From: Coniocarpon cinnabarinum
Taxonomy: Eukaryota
Direction: 5' to 3'
NCBI GenBank assembly: GCA_051942205.1
Contig: JAVECO010000023.1
Location: 124,001 to 170,504 of the forward strand
DNA: 46,504 nucleotides
Shown here in pieces: positions 23,307-34,710 of the stretch. Below the pieces are notes generated by a model that was not told the DNA's origin, searched no databases, and was given only the letters and a program-made list of their open reading frames with translations. A program made the translations under genes and the position numbers. Numbering within the stretch: the stretch's first letter is position 1; every line of letters starts with the position of its first letter.

Positions 23307-23958
23307 ATCGTGGCCCCTTCGAAGTGCGATTGAAGATGGATCGCAGCGGATGATAGTCACAACTGCTGTACACTGATGGAATGTACGATATAGCTTACTG
23401 TGAATATTTCTGTGTTGCTGCGCAAAGTAGTTAGGTGGATTGATTTTTTTTCATTATGGAATGGGCTTCTCATCTTCGTTGTAGTGCCTGCAATGGAATT
23501 AAGGTCATTCACATCTGCATAAACGCCGTGAAAATGAAAGCCGCAGTGATGCATCTTTCTTGGTTCTATTCCTCGACTAGACTGTAGATTTAGCCGCCTA
23601 CCCTTCTGTATTGACGAGTGGCTCTGCACACAAAACACCTGGGGTTTGTTGCGCTGTGCACGCCATAATCAGCTCAGTACCAGCTCAGTACAACGCATCA
23701 CAGTTCATTGGATGCACTGGACATGTCATCAATGGAAGCAATTGAAGCAACGGCCGCCTCCGTCTAGCACCATTCGATATGCGCTTTTCGCATACGCTCT
23801 CCACCATTTCGCTTCTTCTTCGTTCAGCAGCCTGTATAAATCACCTGCGTGATTTGACAAGCTCTTCCTAATCCTGCAAAGCCATCACATCGCAAAGCAA
23901 CAAGTCAGACACAGAACAACACCCATCACACAGAACCATTGGACCTACAGCCTTCATC

Positions 23959-24850
23959 ATGTCAGAAAATCCACCTACATGCGCCACGGAGAGCAACAGC
24001 AAGGGGGATGTTAATGTGTAAGTATCTATTCTCGATGATTTGCAGTCCTTCTGCCATCTTTCCCGCTTTTGAATTTGGACTGACTTACCATCGTAGTTAT
24101 ATCTCGCACGGCGATATGTATATCAAGCACCAAGAGAAAAACGAGCCGCCTCGTGGCCGCGGTCGATCACGATCGATGACTCGTGGTGGCGCGTACCCTT
24201 ATCTCACGGGGCGCGAGGTCGATTATGCGCATCTCATCGATGGACCTCGCGGTCGATCGATGAGCCGTAGATCTGATTGGCCTTCTGACCTTCCAGGCAT
24301 AGGCTCGCGTCAGCGTTCCTCTTCCAACACCAATCGCACCTCTACTTGGATCAAGTCACAGCCTCTTGGGGGTCTGGCACCGTACCCAGACAGCACGCTC
24401 GAGTCTACTCGCACTCGATCTCCCAGCCACTCTCGCAACCCTCGGAGTACGAGGCGGTCTGTTTCTGCCCACCGCAAGCCTTCTCACCGGGATAGATCAT
24501 CATCACGAAGTCGTCGGGATGCGACTAAATCGTACTATCCCGCAAGCGAATATCGATCGCCAATGTCAAAAGGCTGTCCCACGGCTCGTCGTAGCCGGTC
24601 ACGCACTCGAGATGCTCGCAATCCAGAGCGACGCCGCTCTCGAACTCGTTCCAGAAGCAACTCACGCAGTCGCAGAACACGCCATCGCTCCCCTGATTCG
24701 GCTGAAGCTATGCGCGGCTCTGATGTGCCGCTTTCCCTACCCTCATCCTCATACTATGCGCCAGTGTTCCAGCCCAAGATGCGCAAAGAGCGAGAGTCTG
24801 TGCAAGTCTCTGGTCAAGGCTCAAAAGCACGAGACTCGCGCAAACGTTGA
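23959..24850 (+). CDS. Arg/Ser-rich hypothetical protein, about 270 aa; intron 24018-24096
   Basis: ATG at 23959; a GTAAGT..CTGAC..TAG intron joins MSENPPTCATESNSKGDVNV to YISHGDMYIKH... in frame. RS-dipeptide-rich body (RRSRTRSRSNSRSRR). Confidence 0.7.
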
Positions 24851-25149
24851 TAGAGGCTCGACAGATGAAAATTTTCAAGTGGGAGAATTTATTGGCCACG
24901 AGTATCCTGATAGCATAGCAGAAGTCTCGTACGGACTAGCGAGCTTTGGACTGGGCAGCGATGTGGGGTAGAATTGTGAGAAATGTGTTTCTGCATGTGA
25001 CTACACTGCGCTGAAGGTCAGTATGATTTATGAGTAGCCACAGCCAGTAATGCGAGTTGAATACGCAATGTTTGTAATGGAGCAGAGCGCGGTCAGCATG
25101 GATCAGTCTAGAATCAGTGAGCTCGTTGCACGGTCTTCGCCTCGCGTTG

Positions 25150-27152
25150 TCAAGTAAGGTCTTGCCACTTGAGTCTTATTGCTGTTTTGAAATCTTCCAG
25201 ACTCTCGAACCCATCATCATCAAACATGAGCTAATGCTCTGTTAATGGTGAGATTCGAAGCCACTATGCGATGCATTGCAAATTGGCCAGTATCTGTTAG
25301 TGGTCGTCTTTGTTGGCTGGAGACAGTCATCGCAAAGATCAACTTGGCACAGCACGCACCAATGCATAGATTCTACCACTTCCACCCAGTGGATCGAGTC
25401 TCTCACAGTAGTGTTATCGTTGCATCGGTCACCTGTCCACGCCCCTCGCTCACCCTCTAAGCTTTGGCCGCTGATCTGTTGAAGATATACCCATTAGCAA
25501 ATCATCAATGTTCTTCCGCTTTGTCTTGAGGCTATCCTGAGCCGAATATATGGAACGGCAACGCCATTGAGCCTACTCACTTCAGAAACTGCCTCAAACT
25601 GACCCTTTTGACCTGTTAATCTGGGATCTTTGACATCTAGATCTTTGCAGTCTTCACCACGGGCGTTTAGTATTGATATTTGGTTGCTTGCACGGCCTTC
25701 GAGCGCTTAGAACTCATAATGATGTAGCCACTTTTTCCATTCAATTCAAGTAGTCGCATCGTGTGGCTTACGGCTAACGTTGACTCCCTATCTCCAGCAG
25801 ACGAGAACATGCATGAGCTTTTGAAAAGCGCCAGCATCATTCGAAGGATTATCGTCCGACAACGAATCTAATTCTTGGAGCACGAAAGGCCTCAGATAAC
25901 GTCTTGAGCTATGATCATCACCAGTGAGTCTGTGCCATGCGCCTAGGTAGGACACAGCTTTAGAAGTGGGGAGCCTATGGCTATCCTCGTGGCACATCTA
26001 CTCTAGAGTTCGCAAATGTTCGTCAACCTTCGCGTGCAGTGCTGTTATGAAAAATTGGCTTCTCAGATACATCAGTAGCGCCGGATAAGATGGGGATTAA
26101 ACCAACCATGTGTGAGACAGATTGTCCCGTACGTCAAAGCCATACGGTTCTGTCCAATTAGCACGAAAGGATCGCGCAACATCGTTCCGAACATGGGTTG
26201 CACCAGCGTTTGTTATATATGCTGGTAGCTTGTTCTAGCTTTCTGATCGACTGCAGACTCTTTGCAAGGCATTGTTCTATATTGTTTGTCCGGACCACAG
26301 CTATGACGCAAAAAATCGCGTTGATAGGCCTGGATCCTTCACTCATCGCTAAGCGCAGGAAACTTCGTCAAATGCTGAGCGTTTGCCACTCGTTCTGTTC
26401 ACCTCGCAGTGTAGTCATTGCAGTGCGGTCCAACGCGATGAGTCGTGAAAGATGGTTTGTCACTTGTGCCGCTTGCCGTATCAGTTTCGTGGCTTTTGAA
26501 CGCAATCATAGGTGCGGGAGTAGGTTATCAATGTTCAGCAAAGACCAACGAACTTGAACGCTACTTCTACCGCTTCGCAGCCGTTACATTCAAGCTCATC
26601 CCTAAACCCCTGTTTTGCACGGTGATGACAAGATCTGTAAAACAGTCATAACCTAACTGGGCTCAATCATTGGCAAGCAGCGTGACGATGTCCCAAGTCG
26701 CACAAGAAAGTCTTGCAACAGAACAAGGAGATTGAATATTGCATCTACGCCCTTCGAAGTCTTACTCGTTGCTTCAACGAGGTGCGTGATAGCTCCTAAG
26801 CGAACTGAACTAGGTAGGAAAGCTGTCGACGTAGGTCCAGCGGCAAACCTTAAGATCAGAGAGACGAATTCGGCCATGCTTCTCAGAATAGAATTCGAGG
26901 TAGATGACTGATTGCGCCATGTACCAAGTACTGCAGCAAAAGGAGCTCACCAAAAAGTGTCTCGTTTTCTGAAGATGTCCTAGCTCCGCGGTATGATCTT
27001 ACGTTGCGACATGACTCGAGGAGTTCGATGGGCTGCTCTGTGTCAGCCGGGTTCGAAAGAGAAGTTGCCTCCAGCCGCAAGCCTGTCGACTCGCGATATG
27101 TGTCTAGCGCCCTCGCCCGGATGACCTCGAATTGGTCACAGGAAGCCATCAT
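25150..27152 (-). pseudogene. Degenerate, internally deleted fungal NLR gene (Goodbye-like N-terminus, TPR-type C-terminal region, ZZ-like zinc finger)
   Basis: Fragments in correct order on the minus strand: DQFEVIRARALDTYRESTG and FAAGPTSTAFLPSSVRLGAITHLVEA...DAIFNLLVLLQDFLVRL (Goodbye-like); YLGAWHRLTG...LRPFVLQELDSLSDDNPSND (NACHT-TPR C-terminal motif); MHWCVLCQVDLCDDCL...ICNASH (ZZ-like); LEDFKTAIRLKWQDLT*. Multiple stops and frameshifts. Confidence 0.72.
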
Positions 27153-28303
27153 TTGCTGAATAGGCATAGCGGAGGTCGCGGGAGAGAGCGCCCACATTAT
27201 AGTGCACGTCGCACACGATTCCGCCATTGAGTGGACATCATAAGCGTCAGAGAGGTGTGCGTTGCCACGTTGTCACGAAAGGTAGTGCATTCTTAGCAGC
27301 AGAGATAACAGTGGCGAGTCCAGAGCGAGGGCACAGACAGTTCAAAAGTCAATCACCGGGTAGCTCAAGAAGTGAGCAACGATGCACCAGATCGGTTACG
27401 AGCTCTCCTATGCTGTCGTCTCAACGGCTCATCTTGTAATGACACAGACTTCCAGGTCATCGAAATGGCAAGCTGGCACGTAGTCGTTGGTACGCATGCT
27501 TGGCACTTATGCTGGCAGGGTAGCAGTTTAGTTGGTCTGAATGAAGACGCTGGAGAACATCGTCTGGCGCCTCACCACCAGCCTGCCAATACATACAGTA
27601 ACCTAGGCTAGGTCAAAGCAGGCACGCAGTCTGCACAAGGCTTCTTTTTGTTTTTTCTTCGGAGAAAATGCGTAAAGGGACAAGCTCATCTAAGCACCAC
27701 GCCCCGCCCGTGGTGATCGGAGGCATGAGTCCCGCCTTAATCTCCTGCTATTGGGAAAGGTTCCACGTCCCTTGACCGCCTTTCTTCGCCATTCCCTGGG
27801 CACAGTGCAAGACAAGCAGGATGACGCAGCATCGAGGCTGGAAGATCAAGACGTTTTGTCCATACACCTACACTGTGTGCTCTCGCCGGCGCGTTCACGA
27901 CGGACTATCGTCGTTCGAGTATTGGAAGATGGAGAACTGAAAGATGGCATGGATCGCCAGCCTACTTCTCACAAACGGAGTCTTACTGTTCATCACCAAG
28001 GACACACACATGAAATTACATATGTCTCAAGCCACGCCTGGATCTCCAACGCTGACGGTAGCCGCCACCTCCCACCTCGCCTTCAGATGAAAGCTTCGCT
28101 TCAATCTCATTATCAGAGCGGGGGTCAGCCTGTTCACCAAACGGAGCTGAGCAGATGGCAGAATTCCGCCTCTCACCTGACCAGCATGTCTTCCTCCACA
28201 GTGCATCTTCGCACACTGTCACTCTCAAGGTTGCCTTTTCCGGCTCAGATGCAGCATTCGGTATCCCGAACGTTCTGAAGTCATTTCCGATTAACACAAA
28301 GAC

Positions 28304-29359
28304 ATGCCGAGAGCAACGAGCGACCACGACAACTTGACTGGCCGCATGCAGCGCCGCCTCTATGACCTGCCGACCACTCTGCCTGAGTCGTACAATGTTC
28401 GACGTGCGTTGGGCGACATCAGAGGCTATTGTTGTCTCGACCTCGCATGCGGCACCGGCCGCTGGAGTCGCCTCATGAGCACGTTGGGCGCTCGGGAGGT
28501 GCACGGCGTGGACAGCGATCGCAGCGCCTTGGATATGGCCCATCTCTGGAGCCAGACTCCTCCCCAGTATGCCCTCTATCCCGGGCTGCGTTACGCGATC
28601 GCCCCATCATCTTGGCAAATGACACATGACTTCGAAAATATTGAGCTTTTCGATGAAGAAGAAATGCGACTACTGGATGGGGACCGCTACATTGTGACCA
28701 AACCCGAGGACTTCTTCGCACCTGACAACAGCGGCTTCAAAGATTGCTACGACGTTGTTGTGGCTTCCAACCTGAGCGAGGTGTGCTCGTCGATAGACCT
28801 TGTCACCATGCTCGCACGTATCCAGCAATCCCTCCGCTCTCATGGTCGGGTCATTGCCGTGCTGCCATTGCTGGACAGGTACACTACCTTGGGCGAGCAG
28901 TTCCCGCCGCAGTATGGACTCAAGCTTAGTCACAAGATGGAGCTTCAAGAGGACGGCGAGGTAATCGGCTGGCGCGTCACGATGAATTACCACACACGGC
29001 CACTGCAGTCCAAGCGAGTCAACGGTCTAAATCCTGGAATTTTCGAGAAATGTGCGAAGAAGGCTGGTCTTGAGAACAGTAGATGGACGCGTCCGGCAGT
29101 GCCCGAGGACTTGAGACAGGGGACTGCCTTTGCGCAACCAGGTTACTGGGAAGAATGGGAGAAAAGCCCCAGCTTCATGATCTGGTCGGCAAGGAAAATG
29201 GATTCTGGTGCGGCTGACATGGGCGAGCTCAAGGACTTGGAGGGCATAGCTCGTGTGAGAATGCGTGACGAGAACGTTTCAGACGTCGTGCAAGAGGACT
29301 GGGACAATGGCATTTCGATCGGAGCTGAGCCGGACACCGAGCTGGTGGATGAGCTGTGA
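28304..29359 (+). CDS. Class I SAM-dependent methyltransferase, 351 aa
   Basis: Motif I CLDLACGTGRWS, post-I GAREVHGVDSD, motif II YDVVVAS, motif III LRSHGRVIAV. Confidence 0.82.
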   Translation: MPRATSDHDNLTGRMQRRLYDLPTTLPESYNVRRALGDIRGYCCLDLACGTGRWSRLMSTLGAREVHGVDSDRSALDMAHLWSQTPPQYALYPGLRYAIAPSSWQMTHDFENIELFDEEEMRLLDGDRYIVTKPEDFFAPDNSGFKDCYDVVVASNLSEVCSSIDLVTMLARIQQSLRSHGRVIAVLPLLDRYTTLGEQFPPQYGLKLSHKMELQEDGEVIGWRVTMNYHTRPLQSKRVNGLNPGIFEKCAKKAGLENSRWTRPAVPEDLRQGTAFAQPGYWEEWEKSPSFMIWSARKMDSGAADMGELKDLEGIARVRMRDENVSDVVQEDWDNGISIGAEPDTELVDEL

Positions 29360-29890
29360 GGCCTGTCCTGCGAGAAATGATTGGCAAGACAGTGCAATCA
29401 CTCAGTGCTGTGAAAGAAAGGGAGTAGGAGTCTGAGTTTGCGTTCAACGGGTAATGGGACCAGAACACCATCATCCAATTTTGCATGACTCAAAAACGAT
29501 ACCTTATGTTAATGGTTTTCGTAGCTTTCCAATCAAGCCCGAGTGGCGGTTGTCCAGCCTTGGTGATGCATATGAGCTCGAAAGTCCCAAGTGGTCTTCT
29601 ACGGGAGCAAACTTGACCTATTTGGGTAACCTCTGCGATTGCGAGGTAGACGAACGCGGACATGAACTCCTATTTTATCCCGTGTGGCTAAGAGCTGAGA
29701 GATGGGCAATAGACGAGCCGTAGCCATTGCTCGCAAGCCCTCGTTTTGCTGTCTAACTCGTGCTTCTGAGGGTACACGAAGTTGCACATATGTAAGCTAT
29801 ATATCCAGGCAGATCTGCCAAAAATTCTTCACGCTTTTGACATACTCTCCTCCCGGAAAAACAACCAGCAATTACTGACCTTTGTTCACA

Positions 29891-30991
29891 ATGGCGGACC
29901 ATCTGTCGCTTGCCATATTCATCACCTTTGGTTTTCTCGTACTGCCCACATTGTCTCTTGGTCAAGCCCAACCTCAGCCGCCCCTTCCACTTAGCACAAT
30001 TTACCAGTTTCCACATAATCTCGTTGGTCACAGCTGGCTTGGCAATGTTGCTACTCGTCCGTCTGGACACCTTCTAATCACCACCATCGACAGTCCCGAT
30101 GTCTATCAGCTTGATCCTAACGCCCCTGAACCGACACCGCAGGTCGTATCGAGGTTTCCGAACGCTAATGGGACTGTCTGTATCACCGAGACGCGTCCTG
30201 ATAGCTTCGCTGTCATAACTGGAGATGTAGGAAGGACGTCTCAGGAGTTTGCCCCAAATTCCGGCGGGCTGTGGAACCTCACGTTCTCTGGTCGAGACGC
30301 TGCACCATCTGCGTCCTTTGTGGCGAGCCTCAGCCCAGAAATTCGCTTGATCAATGGCGTGGCTGCGCTTCCTTCTAATCCCACCACAGTTCTCGGCTCC
30401 GACTCCTTCACGGGCGCCATCTGGGCTTTGGACACAGTCTCGGGAAACCAGGTCCTTGTATCATCATCAGAATCCCTCTCGCCTTCCCCTCCTGTCAACG
30501 CCACGGACAGCAGCAAGCTGGGAGTGAATGGACTCAAGGTCGTCAAGGTAGAAGGATGTACATGGCTCTATTTTAGCAATACCGCCAAGGGGATCCTGGC
30601 GCGCATGGAGATTGAAGAGATGACGGGCGTGCCTGCTGGGAAGCCTGAAGTCTTGACAAGGGCTCCAGGTGCACAGCTTGGCGTTGGCTTTGACGACTTT
30701 GCGCTTCAAACGGCGGATGACGGAACGGTGTTACAAGCATGGCTGGCAGACAGCCGAGGCAACAGTGTCTCGGTTTGGAAGGCAGGGCACGACGGTGAGC
30801 CCGCGCAGATCGTAGACGGAAACGCGAAGACGAGCGAGATCGCGGAGCCGGAAGCTGCAGCGTTTGGCAGAACCGCGAAAGATAAGGAAGTGCTGTATGT
30901 AGTTTCGACCGGGGGTGAGGGCAATCGGTTGGCTGGCGAGCGAGTCGGCGGGCAGGTGCTGGCGATTGACACAAGTGGCTTTGGTGAGTGA
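29891..30991 (+). CDS. Secreted six-bladed beta-propeller protein (SMP-30/gluconolactonase/TolB-like)
   Basis: Signal peptide MADHLSLAIFITFGFLVLPTLSLG; family motifs SWLGNVATRPSGHLLIT, LINGVAAL, LGVNGLKV, LYFSNT, FDDFAL, AAAFGRTAKDKEVLYV. Confidence 0.8.
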   Translation: MADHLSLAIFITFGFLVLPTLSLGQAQPQPPLPLSTIYQFPHNLVGHSWLGNVATRPSGHLLITTIDSPDVYQLDPNAPEPTPQVVSRFPNANGTVCITETRPDSFAVITGDVGRTSQEFAPNSGGLWNLTFSGRDAAPSASFVASLSPEIRLINGVAALPSNPTTVLGSDSFTGAIWALDTVSGNQVLVSSSESLSPSPPVNATDSSKLGVNGLKVVKVEGCTWLYFSNTAKGILARMEIEEMTGVPAGKPEVLTRAPGAQLGVGFDDFALQTADDGTVLQAWLADSRGNSVSVWKAGHDGEPAQIVDGNAKTSEIAEPEAAAFGRTAKDKEVLYVVSTGGEGNRLAGERVGGQVLAIDTSGFGE

Positions 30992-31409
30992 AAGATCGAG
31001 CTGCGAGAGTCTTGCTGTATCAATCAAATCATGTGGCTGCATTTGATGTGCACAATTGATCAATACATACATAATGGATGACTACTTGTCCCGTTAAGTC
31101 TTCATTGTGGCACCGCGCTTCTGTATCAGGGAGCTTGGGCCAACATAACAACATACAAATGTAGCCTACTCATGTGCAAAGGTCTTGTATCTCGTAGCTT
31201 GAACGTGATGTATCGGTCAGCTCGCTACGCGATCCTGACTCACAGCGGCGTTGATCCTTGAGGCCACAATGGTTGGCTTTGTCATCGCGATGGCTCGCGG
31301 ACATGCCAGGATAGGCAAGTATTGCAAGACACGTGGACATTGAAAGCCAACGCGAAATCACAGGAAGGGCTTCCTCTCCAGCAACTTCCCAAGCTCAGTG
31401 CAAGCTGCA

Positions 31410-32235
31410 ATGGACACAGAAACTGTCATGGTGGTTGGCTCAACCGGAAACATGGGCACGTCAGCCGTCATCGCTGCGTTGCGATCCGGACGTCGCGTGC
31501 TGGCTGTTGTTCGCAATCAGGATTCCGCAGACAGACTCCTCCGAAACGTAGGCTCTGACAAGGGCATTACTTTCGCCGAAGCAAATGTCATTTCCGATTC
31601 TGGCATCAAAGGCGTGGTCGATCGAGTTCGAGCAGGAAAACTACCGTCGTTTCAACATGTGTGGTCATCAGGTATTTCACCCGTGCGACTAGAATGAGTG
31701 CATTGCCATTAAATAGGGATCAAGTCGGTGGGGAATACACCGGGACGCCACTCCAAGACATTACCACTGAGCAGCTTCGTCGCAATATGACATCTGGATT
31801 TGAGTCCAACTTCTGTAGGTTTCTTCTACTAGCCATCAAAATGACCATTTGCTCTTCTGACATTGCACAGTTGCATACCGTGACAGCATTGGCTATCTCC
31901 TGGAACAGAATCAACCGGCCTCGTGGACGATCTGTACAGGGGCGATGGGCGATATTGGCACCTGGCCCGTCCCAGCCATGAACCAAGGCTCCCTGTTCTC
32001 CATGTGCTTAGCTGCGGCCCGTGAGAACGAGTCCGCCAACGTCCGCTTCAACGAGGTCTACCTTGCTTTCCGCGTCGAGGTTGATGAAGAAGCTGTGCAG
32101 CACAACGTGACCAAGGCGTCTGACTTTGCAACCGTATACGAATCCGTCCTGGCTGATCGCAGCGTTCGCAGTTCGCGTGTATGGGTTCAAAATCCCGAGG
32201 ACATGAAGAAGCTCAGGTATCAAAAGAAGTTCTAG
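31410..32235 (+). CDS. NAD(P)-binding Rossmann-fold (atypical SDR-like) protein, about 238 aa; introns 31672-31724, 31815-31870
   Basis: VMVVGSTGNMG Rossmann motif. Two GT-AG introns join three track ORFs in frame (FQHVWSS|VGGEY; FESNF|FAYRD). Confidence 0.8.
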
Positions 32236-32605
32236 AGTAGTCCCTGCGACTTTACCGGGTCTCTCGCGTGACAAGAAGTGGATCGTGTAATAATATCATG
32301 CCGGGAGACCCTACAAAAGGATCATGACGTGCGCTAGGGTGTTTCCGCGCTCTCCGACACTTAGCTCCCGTAAAATGTCAGCAGATCTGATGATCTTCGT
32401 GGAAATGTTAGTAATTCATTACAAGCCTCGAGCATGCAAAATAAGTTTAGGATGCGGCACAAGCCAACGGAGAACTGTGACTGGCAGATAATTTTCATTT
32501 GAGACTAGAGACTACTAAAAGTTCATTCTCGGTCTCCCACCTGGCGCCTATTCGATGCTAATTCTTCGCAACTTCGCTAAAAAGTACAGTTCAACTCTGG
32601 ACTCC

Positions 32606-34207
32606 CTAAGCTTTATCAGCAGCAGCAGGAGGCGCCAGAGCCTGTGCAGGGGCTGGCGCCGAGTTTTGCACAGGGCTGGTAGCTTGTTCGGCGCATCGTG
32701 GGGACGGTTGCGGAGCCGGTGATCGAGGCGTCTGTGATGATGATGGCTGTGGGGAGGTCTGAGCTGCCGGTGTTGAAGGTTGAGGCGCGAAATCCTTGCC
32801 TTCAGACGTCTGCGCGGGTTGCTCAAGCTTTGGTTTTACCGCCGCTGGGCCTCCTGAACCAACCTGTGCGCCAGGCCTGTGAGGCACTTGATCCTTGAAT
32901 GTGGACAGGATGCCATTCAATGTGGTGAGCTCGGCATGAGCAGGAGCCCAGTTGTACGCGGGAGGAATTTTATCTTCGCCTTTGGTGAGATGGGGCATAT
33001 AGCCGCCGAGTCGCTGTAGTCGCAAGGTAGACACTGTAGCGGCGACTGCGTTGAGCACATGCACGCCCCAGCTCGTCTGTGGATTTGCCATTGCAACAGC
33101 GCCGTACGGTAATTGTTGAATGTCTTCAACGTATGGTCGCATGATGTTTTCGTAGCTATGCAGGGCAGCGGGAATATCGCCTGGGTGATTGCCGATCTCG
33201 CCTGCAAGGACATAGGCGCCATAGATGGCAGCGCTGGTGGCCATGCCGGTGACTGGAGAGGGAGCATAAGCAGCATCACCGACAAAAACAATCTTATCCC
33301 ATGACCAGCTTGTGCGCATGTGAACTTGGGCAATCTCTTGGAATGAGAAGTCCTCCGAGAGCTTCATGGCCTCGAGGATTCGATGTGACTCCCAGCCAGC
33401 GTCAGATAGCTCAAAGTACTCCTCCATCAGGGCTTTTTGCCGCTGGACGGGCCCGTTGTCTGCAGCGTCTTGCAGCCGGGGATCATGGTGACCGGTCAAG
33501 GCGATGCAGACACTCATCTCGCTCTCAGAGATAGGTCGCAGAAGAATGGAACGACCGTGGTCGGCGTTGTAGAATCGAGAATGGTCCATGCTGTCGGTCG
33601 GACCACGTGGCATGCTGAAGTAGGCACAGTAACCGCCCAGACCGCGAGTGTCATCGCGCTTCGGTCGTCCGGTAACAAGGGATCGAGTGTGGGAAGCCAT
33701 GCCATCAGCGCCGATGACGAGATCATAAGAAGCGTCTGGAAGCCCATTGGCAAAGGAGACCTTTACTTGTCGCTTGTCCTCCTCAACACTGGTGTCTTCA
33801 TCGATATCCTTGATCCACTCGTCGTAGACCAACTTGACATCATCTTGGATGGTGTCTTGGAGTATCCTCGCCAGATCCGAGCGGCGAACCTCATACTCAG
33901 AAGTGAATCCTTGAGCTTTCTCGTCATGAGAAGCATCGAAAGTGGCAAGTACAGAGCCGTCTGTGCCGATCTTTTGAAGGCCCACCTCTTTCGTGCGGCA
34001 CGCCTTGATGGGTTCCTCGATACCCATGCCCTCCATCACCATGATGGCAGGGCCTCTGATATCAGCGCATTGGCCTCCATGCTTGGGCGGGCCTGGCTCT
34101 TTCTCTACAATAGTGACAGTAGCGCCGGCCTCAGCAAGCCAAAAGGCGGCCACATGCGCAGACACCCCGCCACCGCAGATGAGGACGTTCAAGTTATTGT
34201 GATGCAT
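32606..34207 (-). CDS. FAD-dependent monooxygenase/oxidoreductase (FAD_binding_3), 533 aa with Pro/Ala/Gln-rich tail
   Basis: VLICGGGVSA, GGQCADIRG, TSEYEVRRSDLA, YDLVIGADGMASHTR, IVFVGDAAYAPSPVTGMATSAAIYGAYVLAGEI. Confidence 0.88.
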   Translation of the reverse strand: MHHNNLNVLICGGGVSAHVAAFWLAEAGATVTIVEKEPGPPKHGGQCADIRGPAIMVMEGMGIEEPIKACRTKEVGLQKIGTDGSVLATFDASHDEKAQGFTSEYEVRRSDLARILQDTIQDDVKLVYDEWIKDIDEDTSVEEDKRQVKVSFANGLPDASYDLVIGADGMASHTRSLVTGRPKRDDTRGLGGYCAYFSMPRGPTDSMDHSRFYNADHGRSILLRPISESEMSVCIALTGHHDPRLQDAADNGPVQRQKALMEEYFELSDAGWESHRILEAMKLSEDFSFQEIAQVHMRTSWSWDKIVFVGDAAYAPSPVTGMATSAAIYGAYVLAGEIGNHPGDIPAALHSYENIMRPYVEDIQQLPYGAVAMANPQTSWGVHVLNAVAATVSTLRLQRLGGYMPHLTKGEDKIPPAYNWAPAHAELTTLNGILSTFKDQVPHRPGAQVGSGGPAAVKPKLEQPAQTSEGKDFAPQPSTPAAQTSPQPSSSQTPRSPAPQPSPRCAEQATSPVQNSAPAPAQALAPPAAADKA

Positions 34208-34710
34208 AATTGTAGAATTGTTATAGTGGGAATCGCGGAGAAACCTTGTTCTTTCCTTTGAGAAAGGTGTGGGAAGAGGTTGACAAGTTTATGAATACAA
34301 AAGCAACGAAGAAAGCAAAGAAACTTATGTGGCTGGAAGAAGACAGTGGGCCGCTTATCATGATGACTGAAATGTGGCCTTTGTGCAGTGTACAGGTGTC
34401 AAAAGCATTTGACGTCACGCTTGGGGTAATGCAACGTGTATAGGTGGCCATGGGGGTGGGCCGTCGAATGATCTACTGAGCCGAGTGAATGATGCGATCG
34501 TGACAGGTGTCTGCCTACTGGAGCTGTGAAGTGATAAAGAAGTGAGAAGAGAGACGGGAGGGGTGAAACACATGGGGCCACGATCAATGTCACGTGATTT
34601 AGTCTGGATGATAGGATTCGATGATGTCAGTCCGCCTTACAGAAAATGTCCCTGACTCTTCTGTCGGGTGTGAACACTTCCAAAGTTGTGAATGCTCTTA
34701 AGCGTTCGGT

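Noticed and set aside
27751..28337. ORFs upstream of the methyltransferase (175 aa, 60 aa)
   Set aside because: No motifs and no convincing splice link to the methyltransferase.
33437..34261. 274-aa ORF antisense to the FAD monooxygenase (likewise 6470-7075 antisense to the tannase)
   Set aside because: Shadow ORFs expected from codon bias on the opposite strand of real genes.
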